DNA of 62,261 nt from Candidatus Limnocylindria bacterium. Lineage in GTDB: Bacteria; Eisenbacteria; RBG-16-71-46. The DNA is taken from NCBI GenBank assembly GCA_035632955.1, contig DASQFU010000032.1:1-62261 (forward strand), given 5' to 3'. Positions 28,551-38,859 of the stretch are shown here, piece after piece. The notes below the pieces were generated by a model, which worked only from the letters and a program-made list of their open reading frames with translations, was not told the origin of the DNA and ran no database searches. Made by a program: the position numbers and the translations under genes. Within the stretch, counting starts at the first letter, position 1. Every line of letters starts with the position of its first letter.

Positions 28551-30131
28551 ATGCGCTCATCCCGACCGCGACCTCGTGCGAGCGAGGCTCGGCGTCAGCC
28601 GCGCGCGATTCCTGCCGGGGCCGTTCCGCTGCTCTGGTCCGTGGGCTTCGCACTCGCGCCGCTCGTGCTCTATCTCGCCCTGGTCCCGCCGGTTTCTGGC
28701 GACAAGGACGGCAGCGAGTTCACGCTGGCGCTCGCGACCAGCGGCATCCCGCATCCGACGGGATATCCCATCTATACCCTCGCCGGCCACGGGTTCGCGC
28801 GACTGATCCACGCGTTCGGCGCGACCTGGCCGTATGCGGCCAACGCGTGGAGCGCGGTGGGAGCCGCGGTCGCGTTGTTCTTCTTTCATGCGACTGCAGT
28901 CCGCCTCCTGCCCGGGGGTCCCGTCCCGCGCGCGCTCGTGGCCGGCGCCTGCACGCTGTTGCTCGCGCTCCATCCCGTGTTCACGATGGAAGCCACGCTG
29001 GCCGAGGTCTACAGCTGGCATCTCGCGTGGCTCATGGGTCTGATCCTGCTGTTCGTGAGCTGGATGACGCGTCTGAACCACGAGCCGCGGCCGAGCTCCG
29101 GGTGGTCACGGCGCGCCGCGCTCTGGGGCGTCGCGTGCGGTCTCGGGCTCGCGCACCATTTCACCTCGGTGCTGTTCGCGCTTCCTGTCTCGCTGGCGCT
29201 CGCGCTCGCCCTTGCTCGCACCGGACACTGGCGAGCCCGTCTGGTGCTGGTCGCGGTTGCGGGCGCGGCGCTGCCACTCGCCGCATACGGTTACCTCGTG
29301 TTTCGCGCGTTCCACCCCGCGGCATGGCAATGGCCGCTCCTCGATGGATCGTTCGCCGGCATCCTGCGACACGTCACCGGCGTGGACTACCAGCGCTACC
29401 TGGGTCGTTTCGCGCCCAACGTGGTGCAGGCGCGCTGGCTCGCGCTCTATGTCTACCCGTTGCTGGTCGTCGGGTTATCCACGCTCGCCATCGGAGCGGC
29501 ACGTGCGCGCGATGCCGGCGGGCGCTGGATCCGCGTGACGCTGCTTGCCGGGGCCTCGTTGCAGCTCGTCCACGCGTTCAACTACGGCGTGACCGATCCG
29601 GCGTCGTACTTCCTGCCGCCGCTGGCGATCTCACTTCTCGGTGTGCTCGGGCTCGCATCCTGGTTGGCAGCCCAAGGCCGAACCGCTGTCGCGCTGGGCG
29701 CGGTCGTCGCGGTCACCCTGGTGGCCGGCGTCTCGTGGATCCCGCTGGCGGTCGAGCGCCGCGCGCTACTGGGCGCTTTCGAAGGGAATATTCGGACCAT
29801 GTGGCGCGCCATCCCGGTCGATGACGCATTCGTCTTCTGGGCCGATGACCTGTCGATGCGCCTGCACGAGTACCAGCTCCTCGCCGGCGAGCGGCCTCAC
29901 CTCGACGTCGAGAACCCGCACGCCTTCACGTATCCCGAACCGCGCCGAAGGTTCGCACAGCGCCACGGATTCGATCCGCTCGCCGGGCTCGATCCAATCA
30001 CGCGCGAGAAGCTGGCCCGCATTCCCGAGAACGTCAGCCGCCAGACGTCCCGCCCGGTGGTCGTGTTCGATCACCTGAGCGGATCGGTCCGCGTCGTGCC
30101 AAAGGCCGAGTCGCACGAGCTCTCGCGTTGA
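28551..30131 (+). CDS. DUF2723 (TMEM260-like) GT-C membrane glycosyltransferase
   Basis: DGSEFTLA...GIPHPTGYPIYTL, AEVY, GLGLAHH; multiple TM helices. Confidence 0.85.
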   Translation: MRSSRPRPRASEARRQPRAIPAGAVPLLWSVGFALAPLVLYLALVPPVSGDKDGSEFTLALATSGIPHPTGYPIYTLAGHGFARLIHAFGATWPYAANAWSAVGAAVALFFFHATAVRLLPGGPVPRALVAGACTLLLALHPVFTMEATLAEVYSWHLAWLMGLILLFVSWMTRLNHEPRPSSGWSRRAALWGVACGLGLAHHFTSVLFALPVSLALALALARTGHWRARLVLVAVAGAALPLAAYGYLVFRAFHPAAWQWPLLDGSFAGILRHVTGVDYQRYLGRFAPNVVQARWLALYVYPLLVVGLSTLAIGAARARDAGGRWIRVTLLAGASLQLVHAFNYGVTDPASYFLPPLAISLLGVLGLASWLAAQGRTAVALGAVVAVTLVAGVSWIPLAVERRALLGAFEGNIRTMWRAIPVDDAFVFWADDLSMRLHEYQLLAGERPHLDVENPHAFTYPEPRRRFAQRHGFDPLAGLDPITREKLARIPENVSRQTSRPVVVFDHLSGSVRVVPKAESHELSR

Positions 30132-30153
30132 CGCGAAGACGCGAGCCGCGGCG

Positions 30154-30537
30154 CTACCCGGGCCCAGTGCCTTCCACGTCTTCGTCGCGTACCTCGCCGC
30201 CGCGTTCGAGCGCCTGGAGGTAGTCGGCGATCAGCGCGCGCGCCTCGGCGACCTCGCGCCTGCGCACCAGGATCTCTCCCCACGCCGACGTGGACCAGTC
30301 GCGCCGCACCGAGCCGTAGCCCGGCAAGGTCGCGCTGCGCAGGAGCGCGCGAATGCCTTGATGCTCCAGGATCCCGCACAGCAGCGCGCCGGCAGCGGCG
30401 TCCGGAACCCGGTGCACGACTTCGGGCCCCTCGCCATCGGCGCCCCGCGGCGGCTCGTCGGCGAGGACCGCACGGCACTTCGGGCAGGCCACGACGGCCG
30501 GGGGATATTCGGCGCCGCACTCCGGGCAGAATCCCAC
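30154..30537 (-). CDS. Zinc-ribbon + DUF2007 (PII-like) protein
   Basis: FCPECGAEY...CPKC; LLCGILEHQGI...EILV...AEARALI. Confidence 0.8.
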   Translation of the reverse strand: MGFCPECGAEYPPAVVACPKCRAVLADEPPRGADGEGPEVVHRVPDAAAGALLCGILEHQGIRALLRSATLPGYGSVRRDWSTSAWGEILVRRREVAEARALIADYLQALERGGEVRDEDVEGTGPG

Positions 30538-30551
30538 GTGAGCGGAGTCGC

Positions 30552-31757
30552 TCAGCCGGCGCGCACGGCGGTCACGTGGTGTTTGAGGCGGGCGGCCGCC
30601 GCGACGATGTCCTCGCGCCGCGTCGCGAGCGACATCCGCACCCAGCCGCGATACTCCGCACCGAATGCGGTTCCGGGCAGCACCGCGACTCCGATCGACA
30701 GCCACTCCTCGATCAGCGCCCAGATGTCGCGCCCGGCCAGCGCCAAGCCGACGTCGGCGAACGCATAGAACGCTCCCTGCGGAGCCGGCACGCGAATCGC
30801 CGTCTGGCCCGCCAGCCCTTCGAGGAGCCGATCGCGCCGGTCCTGATAGGCGCGGCGCATGCTCTCGACCGCCGTTTGCTCACCCGTGACCGCGGCACGG
30901 GCTGCGCTCTGAACCGAAGGGAACACGCCGTGGGTCGTGTAGAAGGCGAGCAACGGCCCGAGCACGGCGCGCAGCGCCGGAGGAGCGGCGAGATAGCCGA
31001 CCCGCCATCCCGTCATCGCGTACGACTTGGAGAAGGTGTAGACGCTCAGGGTGTGCTCGCCCATGTCCGGAAGCGATCCGATGCTGTGGTGACGAGTGCC
31101 GTCGAACAACACGTGCTCGTAGGCCTCGTCGCTGATTACCCATAGATCGCGCGCGCGCGCGACGGCCGCGATCGCCTCCAGATGTTCGCGCGACAGGACG
31201 GCGCCGGTCGGGTTGTTGGGGGTGTTGAGATAGAGACCGCGCGTCTCGGGACGCAGCGCGCTCTGCAGCCGAGCCGCGAGTCCGGCCGGATCCAGGCGTC
31301 CTTCCAAAACGTCGAGATAGGCCGGCATCGTGCGGTACGTGGCGCCGTGAGCGAATCCGACCAGCTTGGGGATCGCCATCCAGTGCGGTGACAGCACCAG
31401 GACCTCGTCGCCCGCGCCGAGCAACGCCTGGAACGCCAGGTAGAGCGCATGCGTGCCGCCGTTGGTGACGACCACGTCATCGGGCTCGCACGCGATTCGA
31501 TTCTCGCGCGCCAGCTTTTCGACCAGCGCGAGTCGCAGCGGCATCGAGCCCCGCTGATCCGGATAGTGGGTCTCGCCGGCGCGAGCCGCGGCCGCGAGCG
31601 CCTCGACGACGTGCGGCGGAGTTTCGAAGTCCGGCTCGCCGCGCTCCAGATGGAGGATGTGCTCGCCGGCCAGCTCGCGGGCGCGGGCGGCGGCCATCAC
31701 CCGGCCCAGCTCGGAGGTCATCGCCAGCACCGGGCGGTCCGCGATCAGTCTGGGCAC
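30552..31757 (-). CDS. Class I/II PLP aminotransferase (aspartate aminotransferase-like)
   Basis: GEPDFETP, NTPNNPTG, SDEAYE, SKSYAMTGWRVG, VLPGTAFG. Confidence 0.95.
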   Translation of the reverse strand: MPRLIADRPVLAMTSELGRVMAAARARELAGEHILHLERGEPDFETPPHVVEALAAAARAGETHYPDQRGSMPLRLALVEKLARENRIACEPDDVVVTNGGTHALYLAFQALLGAGDEVLVLSPHWMAIPKLVGFAHGATYRTMPAYLDVLEGRLDPAGLAARLQSALRPETRGLYLNTPNNPTGAVLSREHLEAIAAVARARDLWVISDEAYEHVLFDGTRHHSIGSLPDMGEHTLSVYTFSKSYAMTGWRVGYLAAPPALRAVLGPLLAFYTTHGVFPSVQSAARAAVTGEQTAVESMRRAYQDRRDRLLEGLAGQTAIRVPAPQGAFYAFADVGLALAGRDIWALIEEWLSIGVAVLPGTAFGAEYRGWVRMSLATRREDIVAAAARLKHHVTAVRAG

Positions 31758-31917
31758 GTGGTCAATCCTCCGCTCCGAATGCTCGAGACCTGGCGGTTCG
31801 CGAATCTAGCATGGGGTCCGTGCCCCAGGAAACGTCGGCCGGCCTCCCCGGCACGTGGCGCGACTCGCGCGCGCCGCGAACACCAGAACCGCGACATAGA
31901 GGCGGATCGAGGTTGCG

Positions 31918-31933
31918 CGGCACGCGCCTTGCC
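31918..31933 (+). promoter_or_regulatory. Candidate sigma54 promoter of the GAF protein gene
   Basis: CGGCACG-CGCC-TTGCC, exact GG-N10-GC spacing, 48 nt before the ATG. Confidence 0.55.
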
Positions 31934-31981
31934 TTGCTCTAGTGGCACCTCGACCGTTCCCTTCCACCTGGGGGTTTTGCC

Positions 31982-33340
31982 ATGTCGAAGTTCGATCTCC
32001 GGGACATCTCGGAGCGCCTGGCCGCGTCGCGGGACACCGAGGCGGTGGTGTTCGAGTTCCTCGGATATCTCCAGGCCGTGCGCTCGGATTGGCGCGCTTC
32101 GCTGGCCTTCTACGAGGTCAGTCGCGACGCCCTGGTCAATATTTACGAGCGGCATGGGAACCGCCTGGCGCGGAAAGACGTCGTCCTCCCGGCGGACGAT
32201 CTGCCGCCGCGACTCGTGCGAAAGTTCTTTCATCCCAGTGCATTTTTCAATACGGCGAACCGCCGATCGCTTCTCACCCACCTATTCCAGTCGTCACCGT
32301 ACTACGAGCCCGATCCGATCGAGGCGCCGGGGCTCATGCCGCTGACGCCGATTCCGAACTGGCAATCGTGCGTGTGTCTCCCGCTCGCCGATCAGGAGGA
32401 CCTGATCGCGATGGTCGTGATCGTGAGCGACAGGAAGGGTGCGTTCGGCAGCAAGACCATCGGCGAGATCATTCCGCTCAAGAGCATGGCGGCCCTCGCG
32501 CTCGCTCAGCATCTCCACCGCTCCGCGCGGCCGCGGGCCTCCGACGATCGCAGCGCGCGCGCCGCCGCGGCCGAGTTCCAGGAACGCATTCGCCGGCTCA
32601 ACGCCGAGACCGCGGAGCTGACCGAGGAGAACAAGGTCAAGGCCGCCCGGCTACAGGCGCTCGCGTGCGAGATCGAGCTGCTCGACAAGAGCTCGAATCA
32701 GTACAAGCAGGAGCTCGATGGCGTGAAGAGCCAGCTGTTCGCGCTCGAAGAACAATCGGCCGCCGCGACCCAGCATCTGTCCGAGGCGTACTCGCAGCTC
32801 ACCGACACTCAGACCCGCCTCGCGGGTCTGCAGAGCACGGTCGGGTTCCTCAAGGAGGCGTTTCAGGTGCTCTCTCAGGAACACGACCCGGACGCGTTCT
32901 CGCACACGCTGGTGACCTGGTTCTGTGAGCACTTCGGCCTCGACCGCTGCAGCCTCATGGTGCTCGACGGATCCAAGGAGACGCTGCGGATCAGCGCGCA
33001 GCAGGGCATCGATCCGGCGATCGCCGACAACGTGAAGGTGCGGGTCGGGCAGGGCATCGCGGGATGGGTCGCGCACAATCGCAAGCCGCTGCTGGTGCGC
33101 GTGCGCAAGGACGCCGAGTCCGTGAAGCACACCCATCAGGACGCCTACAACTCGGATTCGTTCATCTCGGTGCCGCTGATCTACAACAACCGTCTTCGTG
33201 GCGTGCTCAACCTGAGTAACAAGCGGGACGGTGAGCCGTTCGACGACCTGGATCTGGATCGCGCGCTGCTCGCCGGATCGATCATGGCGATGACGCTCGG
33301 CGCGCAGGACGTGTCACGCCGATCCGCCGCCTGGGCGTAG
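31982..33340 (+). CDS. GAF - coiled coil - GAF protein with no output domain
   Basis: N-terminal GAF-like region (SCVCLPL...AMVVIVS), about 100 aa of heptad coiled coil, C-terminal GAF (GQGIAGWVA, SFISVPL, GVLNLSNK, PFDDLD). Confidence 0.82.
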   Translation: MSKFDLRDISERLAASRDTEAVVFEFLGYLQAVRSDWRASLAFYEVSRDALVNIYERHGNRLARKDVVLPADDLPPRLVRKFFHPSAFFNTANRRSLLTHLFQSSPYYEPDPIEAPGLMPLTPIPNWQSCVCLPLADQEDLIAMVVIVSDRKGAFGSKTIGEIIPLKSMAALALAQHLHRSARPRASDDRSARAAAAEFQERIRRLNAETAELTEENKVKAARLQALACEIELLDKSSNQYKQELDGVKSQLFALEEQSAAATQHLSEAYSQLTDTQTRLAGLQSTVGFLKEAFQVLSQEHDPDAFSHTLVTWFCEHFGLDRCSLMVLDGSKETLRISAQQGIDPAIADNVKVRVGQGIAGWVAHNRKPLLVRVRKDAESVKHTHQDAYNSDSFISVPLIYNNRLRGVLNLSNKRDGEPFDDLDLDRALLAGSIMAMTLGAQDVSRRSAAWA

Positions 33341-33863
33341 CCGAGGCGCCCGGCCGCGAGCTAGCCGCGCGCAGCTCTTCGAGTGCCTGGCGGTGGGAAG
33401 CGAAGGCGATCCTCCGAGGCGGTTGCTCGAGCGGGAAGAACCTCGCCTCGAGCGCGTCGTCCCCCGGCTTGAGCCTGCCGCCGACGCGCACGCCGGTGTA
33501 GAGGATCAGAACCGCCCGCGCGCGCGGGTCGTCGCGACCCGCATAGACGCCGAACAAGCCCGTCAAGCGCGCGGCGATGCCGGTCTCTTCGAGCAGCTCG
33601 CGCCGCGCGCATCGCCGCGGCGTCTCGCCGTACTCCATGAATCCCGCCGGCAAGCACCACGCTCGCGCCGCGGGCGCATAGCGCCGCCGCACCATCAGCA
33701 CTCCACGGCGCTCGACCAGGATCACGCCCGCGGCCGGCACGGGGTTGCGGTAGAGGATCAGCCCGCATGCCGGGCACGTCGGCCGGGATTGCCCGTGATC
33801 CTCGCGAGGGATCAGCCGGGTTCCACAGCGGGGGCAGAAACGAGGTCGCGCCAGCGTCGACAT
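33282..33863 (-). CDS. Zinc-ribbon NUDIX hydrolase
   Basis: RFCPRCG...CPACG..YRNP; Nudix box GFMEYGETPRRCARRELLEETG. Confidence 0.92.
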   Translation of the reverse strand: MSTLARPRFCPRCGTRLIPREDHGQSRPTCPACGLILYRNPVPAAGVILVERRGVLMVRRRYAPAARAWCLPAGFMEYGETPRRCARRELLEETGIAARLTGLFGVYAGRDDPRARAVLILYTGVRVGGRLKPGDDALEARFFPLEQPPRRIAFASHRQALEELRAASSRPGASATPRRRIGVTRPARRASSP

Positions 33864-34056
33864 GGACGTCGCACACTGCCACGAGCGGGCGGCGCAAAGG
33901 AAGAGCCCGGTCGTCGTCGCACGACCGGGCTTCCTCGCCACCGCCTCCAGAGGGCGTCGCGCTGCACCTTACCGTCCGGCTAACGCGCCATTCATGTCTG
34001 ATTGGCGCGGACGGCTCGGACCGACGCCCCCTTCGGGCGGTGAACTTCGTTCCTCG

Positions 34057-35043
34057 TCAGTTGCGATCCATGCGATCCAGTCTCTCGCGCAGCTCGCGCA
34101 GCTCTTCCCGCAGCTCGCGCAGCTCTTCGCGCAGCATCCGGCCGTCAGGTCCTTCGGGCCTCAGGACCCGAATGCGCTCGCGATCGCTGAACCCGAGTGA
34201 TTCGCGGCCCATCGCCCGCCGGCGCGCGGGCGCCGCGTCCAGCTCGGTCTCGAAGGTGCGGCGAGCGCCCTTGCGGATCACCCGCAAGGAGACTTTGCCG
34301 TCCGCGTCGTTCAGGGCGCGGATCAGCGCTTCCGCATCGGCGACCGTCCGATCGCCGACACCCGTGATCACGTCACCCGCCTTGAGCCCGATTCGATCCG
34401 CGGGCGTGTCCGGCAACACTTCGACGACGAGCGCGCCCTTGCCGTCCTTGACTCCGAAGTAGTCGCCGAGATCCGCGTTCAAGGTCTCGACGCGGACGCC
34501 GAGCCGGCCGCGACCCATGCCCCGATACAAAACGTCCGGTTCGGGCGCCGGCATAACGTCCACCCGGCCCTTGCGGATGGCCGGCGGCGACGGCGGCACC
34601 GGAACGTCGAACTCCTCGGACTCGAGATCACGAGTCTCCTCTCCCGAGTCTCGGCCGGCGAGCCGGGCCTCGAGCGTGTGGCGCTCGCCGTTGCGAACCA
34701 CCACCAGGCTCACGCTCTGACCGACGCGCGCGCCGCGAACAACGCTCGACAGCTCGTCCGGCGTGTGGACGGTGCGCGAGTTGACGCTCACGATCACGTC
34801 ACCCTTCTCGACTCCGGCGCGCTCCGCCGGACTGCCGCTCACGACACGGTTGACGAGCACTCCGTCACCGCGGAAATCCATGGCGTCGCGCAGGCTGCTG
34901 GTCATCTCCTGCGTGTACACGCCGAGCCACGGCGTCTCATTACGATCCTGGGCTCGAGCGCCCCCGACCAGCGCACCCGCGAGGCCGAGCGCGCACACAC
35001 AAGCACCCAGACCCCAACTCACGAGGCCTGCCGGCTTCCTCAT
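34057..35043 (-). CDS. Secreted tandem-PDZ protein with C-terminal coiled coil, no protease domain
   Basis: Signal peptide; PWLGV...GVLVNRVVSGSPAERAG...GDVI and RLGV...GALVVEVLPDTPADRIG..AGDVI; LREELRELREELRELRE. Confidence 0.88.
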   Translation of the reverse strand: MRKPAGLVSWGLGACVCALGLAGALVGGARAQDRNETPWLGVYTQEMTSSLRDAMDFRGDGVLVNRVVSGSPAERAGVEKGDVIVSVNSRTVHTPDELSSVVRGARVGQSVSLVVVRNGERHTLEARLAGRDSGEETRDLESEEFDVPVPPSPPAIRKGRVDVMPAPEPDVLYRGMGRGRLGVRVETLNADLGDYFGVKDGKGALVVEVLPDTPADRIGLKAGDVITGVGDRTVADAEALIRALNDADGKVSLRVIRKGARRTFETELDAAPARRRAMGRESLGFSDRERIRVLRPEGPDGRMLREELRELREELRELRERLDRMDRN

Positions 35044-35173
35044 TGAACCCCTCCTTTTGTGCTAGCGTCCCAACTCCATCGTTGTCCCAGGGAGCGCTGT
35101 GCTTTACAACGCCCCATCCCCCGTCGCGGTTCCCGGAAGTTGCCTGCTCCGCACCGCGAGCCCGCGGAGTCTC

Positions 35174-36547
35174 ATGAAGGTCAATGACGTGTTAAGCCTG
35201 GACCTCGCCGACCTGGCCATCGGCGGCAAGAGCCTGGCCCGGCACGACGGGCGCGTCGTGTTCGTGGACCGCGGGCTCCCCGGCGATCACGTGCGTGCCC
35301 GGCTCACGCGGGTTAGACACAGCTATGCCGAGGCAAGGTTGGAATCGATCGAAGAGCACTCCGCAGACCGGGTGCCGACCGACTGCCCGCACGTCCACCA
35401 ATGCGGCGGTTGCCGCCTCCTGGATCTGGCCTATCCCGTCCAATGCCGGATCAAGGAGCGTCACGTGCGGGAAGCGCTCGAGCACCTTGCGGGAATCGCG
35501 GCTCCGCCGGTGCGATCACTGGTGCCCGCTCCCGAAATCTTCGGCTACCGGAACAAGATGGAGTTCAGCTTCCATCCCGGGCCGCAGGGGGCAGTGCTTG
35601 GGCTGCACGAGCGCGGGACCTTCGATCGGGTGTTTTCGCTCGCCACCTGCCTGCTTCCGAGCGCGCTCACCGTCGAGATCGTCCGGCTGACGCAACGCTT
35701 CGCGATGGATCACGGATGGGCGGCGTATCACGCGCGAACGCATCAGGGCGTGGTGCGCTTCCTGACGGTCCGGCATTTGCCGGCCACGGATCAATGCGGC
35801 GTGAGTCTGGTCGCGGCATCGGACGCGGTGCCGGGGATCGAGCAGTGGGCGCGCGCGCTGGCGGCACTCTCCCCGACCGTGCGGACCGTGAGCCTGCTGC
35901 TCAACCGTGGGCGAGCGAACGTCGCGGTCGGCGAGGAAGAGCGCGTGCTGCACGGCGAGGGCGTGCTGCTCGAGCGCGTGCTCGGGCTCGAGTTCGAGGT
36001 TTCGGCGGGCGCTTTCCTGCAGACCAACAGCCGCCAGGCGGGAACGTTGTACGAAACGGCGCTGCGGGCCGCGGAGATCGGCAGCCACGAGACCGTGCTC
36101 GACCTCTATTGCGGCACCGGGACCTTGACGCTGATGTGCGCGCGGCACGCTCGCGCGGCGGTAGGCGTCGAGAGCGCCGGCACCGCGGTCGCCTGCGCGC
36201 GTCGCAACGCCGGCCGGAACCGAGTCACGAACGCCCGCTTCGTGGAAGGCGAGGCGCGCCGGGTGCTCCGCGAGTGGGCGCGCGGAGAACGGGCGGACGG
36301 CGTGCAGCCGGCGGTCGTGGTCGTGGATCCGCCCCGCGCCGGGCTCCACCCTCGAGTCGTGGCGCGGGTCACCGAGCTCGCACCCCGGCGGGTCGTGTAC
36401 GTGTCGTGCAACCCGGCGTCTCTGGCGAGGGACGTCAAGGACTTCGCGGCGCGGGGCTATGCGCTGGCCGAGGTGACGCCGATCGACATGTTCCCCCACA
36501 CGCCCCACATCGAGTGTGTGGCGCGGCTCGACCGTGCGGCCGCTTGA
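35174..36547 (+). CDS. rlmD: 23S rRNA (uracil-C5)-methyltransferase
   Basis: TRAM domain, CPHVHQCGGC, YRNKMEF, FLQTN, DLYCGTG, VDPPRAG, YVSCNP, DMFPHTPHIEC. Confidence 0.93.
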   Translation: MKVNDVLSLDLADLAIGGKSLARHDGRVVFVDRGLPGDHVRARLTRVRHSYAEARLESIEEHSADRVPTDCPHVHQCGGCRLLDLAYPVQCRIKERHVREALEHLAGIAAPPVRSLVPAPEIFGYRNKMEFSFHPGPQGAVLGLHERGTFDRVFSLATCLLPSALTVEIVRLTQRFAMDHGWAAYHARTHQGVVRFLTVRHLPATDQCGVSLVAASDAVPGIEQWARALAALSPTVRTVSLLLNRGRANVAVGEEERVLHGEGVLLERVLGLEFEVSAGAFLQTNSRQAGTLYETALRAAEIGSHETVLDLYCGTGTLTLMCARHARAAVGVESAGTAVACARRNAGRNRVTNARFVEGEARRVLREWARGERADGVQPAVVVVDPPRAGLHPRVVARVTELAPRRVVYVSCNPASLARDVKDFAARGYALAEVTPIDMFPHTPHIECVARLDRAAA

Positions 36548-36635
36548 GCCATCCCGAACCCCGGCCGCCGTGCCGCCTGGTCGGCTTTGCAAACGCTTGC
36601 GCTTCGAGGTGAAGCGCTTTGCTAGACTCGTCCGA

Positions 36636-37382
36636 ATGCGATTCGCTCTCGTCGCTTCCCTGGCGCTCCTATTCGCCTCGAACGCCCTCGCCGCGCCTAC
36701 TCCCGTGGACAGCGGGACGTTCATCGTCAGTCAGGGCGAGCGCCGGCTCGGCACCGAAGTATTCGTGGTTCAGGGGCGCGGAGATTCGCTGCTGATGACA
36801 TCCCTGGTCGAGCACACGGTCCCGACCCCCGATGGCGACGTCCCGCTGGAGAAGAGCTCCTTTCTGGTCGCCAGCCTGTTCGACTTCGGGCTCCGGCGGT
36901 ACGACTCGCATCAGATTTTCCGCAACCGGCGGCTATCGCGGTCGGTACAGGTCGCCGAAACCACGCTGACGATCTATCGCGAGCTGGACAAGGCCGGCAA
37001 TGCAGACGTCATCGCTGCGCCGCCGGGGCGCTTGTTCATCATCGACCCGATGATGTTCTCGCTGTTCGACCTCATGTGCCTGAGCCTGCACGAACGCACC
37101 TTCGAAACGCGTCCGCTGTCGGTGCTGGTGCTCGGCCCCAGCGACAGCCTGCTCCAAGCGCGTGTCACCGACCTCGGCACCGAGACGATCCGCTGGGGCG
37201 AGCGAACCATTCAGGCGCGCAAGCTCCAGATCGGCGACGACCAGACGTCGTTCTTCGCCTGGGTCGACCCGAAGGGCGCGATGCTCCGCCTCCATCAGCC
37301 GCAGCAGGATTTGCGCGTCGAACGCCGGCCGCCGGCCGTCAAGAAGCGCGCGCCGCGGCCCGCGAAGCCGCCCGGAGGCTGA
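36636..37382 (+). CDS. Secreted hypothetical beta-rich protein
   Basis: Signal peptide MRFALVASLALLFASNALA; coherent codon usage; basic C-terminal tail. Confidence 0.75.
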   Translation: MRFALVASLALLFASNALAAPTPVDSGTFIVSQGERRLGTEVFVVQGRGDSLLMTSLVEHTVPTPDGDVPLEKSSFLVASLFDFGLRRYDSHQIFRNRRLSRSVQVAETTLTIYRELDKAGNADVIAAPPGRLFIIDPMMFSLFDLMCLSLHERTFETRPLSVLVLGPSDSLLQARVTDLGTETIRWGERTIQARKLQIGDDQTSFFAWVDPKGAMLRLHQPQQDLRVERRPPAVKKRAPRPAKPPGG

Positions 37383-38859
37383 GCCACTCGAGCAGCAGGC
37401 GCACGCCGAATCCGGTCCCGCCGCGGCGCTCGTGCGGCCGGTCCGCCGGCGACCAGGCGGTGCTCGCGATGTCGAGATGCGCCCACCGCATGCCGCGCGC
37501 GAAGTGCTTGAGGAAGACCGCGGCTAGGGTCGCTCCGCCCTCACGACCTGCGGAGTTCAGCAGGTCTCCGGTGTCGCTTCGCATCTCGGCGGCGTACTCG
37601 TTCCACAGCGGCAGCGGCCACAGCCGTTCGCCCGACGCCGCGGCCGCGCCGGACAGCTCCCGCGCCAGCGCCTCGTCCTCGGTGAACAGGCCGGCCGCCA
37701 GATGCCCGAGCGCGATCGTGACGGCGCCGGTGAGGGTCGCGAGATCCACGACCACGGTCGGTGACAGGCGTCGCGCATAGGCGAGCGCATCGGCCAGCAG
37801 CAGCCGGCCCTCCGCGTCGGTGTTGGTCACCTCCACGGTCGTGCCGTCCAAGGTCCGGACGATGTCGCCGGGCTTGAGCGCTCGTCCTCCCGGCATGTTC
37901 TCGACGGTCGGGATCAGCCCGACGACGCGAAACGGCGGCGCGACCGACGGCAGCGCGGAGAACATGCCGAGCACGGCCGCCGCTCCTCCCATGTCGTACT
38001 TCATCCGCTGCATGCCCTCCTTCGGCTTGAGGGAGATGCCGCCGGTATCGAACGTGACGCCTTTGCCGATCACGACCACGGTTTCCTCACGGGCGTGGCC
38101 GGCGGGGCGATGGTCGAGAACGATGAAGCGAGGCGGATGAACGCTGCCGCGCCCGACGGCCAGCACCGCGCCCATCCCGAGCCGCTCCATCTGCGGCACT
38201 CCGAACACCTCGACCTTGAGCCGAGCACCCCGAGCGATCTCGCGCGCGTGCGCCGCGAGCCGTTCCGGATCCAGATCCTGGCCCGGCGTGTTGACGAGGT
38301 CGCGCGCCAGACAGGCGGCTTCCGCCCAACCGGCTCCACGCGCCACCGCCTCGCGGACCTGGCGCGCACGTGACGCGTCGTGCTCGATCACCTCGAGGCG
38401 CCGGAGCGGAGCCTCCGGCGCCCGCGTGCGATAGGCGCCAAACCGATACTGGCCGAGCACCGTCCCCTCGACCGTGGCTTGGGCCGCACGCTCCGGCTCC
38501 AGCCCGCCGCGTCCGGCGCCGTGGATCACGGTCGCAAGCGTCGCGACCCCGAGCGCACGAGCCTTGTGTGCCGCCTGCGCCGCAGCCAGCCGGACGCGGT
38601 GGAGATCGAGCTCCGCCCGCGGTCCGAGCCCGACCAGGATGACGCGGCGCGTGCGCAAGCCGCGCGGATAGAGCACCAGCGTCTCCAGAAACCGTCCGGT
38701 GAAGTCGCCGGCGCGGCGCACGCTGGTGATCGCGCCGCGCGTCGCGCGATCGACGGCGAGGGCGGCGCCGCGAAGCGCGCCACCATCCTCGACGATGCCC
38801 ACGACCCAAGCCGCCACCGGCCGAGCGGCAACGTTGCCATGCTTGACCTGGACTTGCAT
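37339..38859 (-). CDS. pepA: Leucyl aminopeptidase (M17)
   Basis: ARDLVNTP, GKGVTFDTGG, MKYDMGG, NTDAEGRL, DLATLTGA, WAHLDIA. Confidence 0.95.
   Translation of the reverse strand: MQVQVKHGNVAARPVAAWVVGIVEDGGALRGAALAVDRATRGAITSVRRAGDFTGRFLETLVLYPRGLRTRRVILVGLGPRAELDLHRVRLAAAQAAHKARALGVATLATVIHGAGRGGLEPERAAQATVEGTVLGQYRFGAYRTRAPEAPLRRLEVIEHDASRARQVREAVARGAGWAEAACLARDLVNTPGQDLDPERLAAHAREIARGARLKVEVFGVPQMERLGMGAVLAVGRGSVHPPRFIVLDHRPAGHAREETVVVIGKGVTFDTGGISLKPKEGMQRMKYDMGGAAAVLGMFSALPSVAPPFRVVGLIPTVENMPGGRALKPGDIVRTLDGTTVEVTNTDAEGRLLLADALAYARRLSPTVVVDLATLTGAVTIALGHLAAGLFTEDEALARELSGAAAASGERLWPLPLWNEYAAEMRSDTGDLLNSAGREGGATLAAVFLKHFARGMRWAHLDIASTAWSPADRPHERRGGTGFGVRLLLEWLSLRAASRAAARAS

Noticed and set aside
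33282-33340. 59-nt convergent overlap of the NUDIX and GAF genes (a similar 44-nt overlap occurs at 37339-37382)
   Set aside because: Low-complexity read-through tails are common in high-GC genomes; there is no sign of selected dual coding.
34081-34137. Short tandem repeats of CTCGCGCAGCTC
   Set aside because: They encode the LREELRE heptads of the PDZ protein; there are no spacers, so this is not CRISPR.
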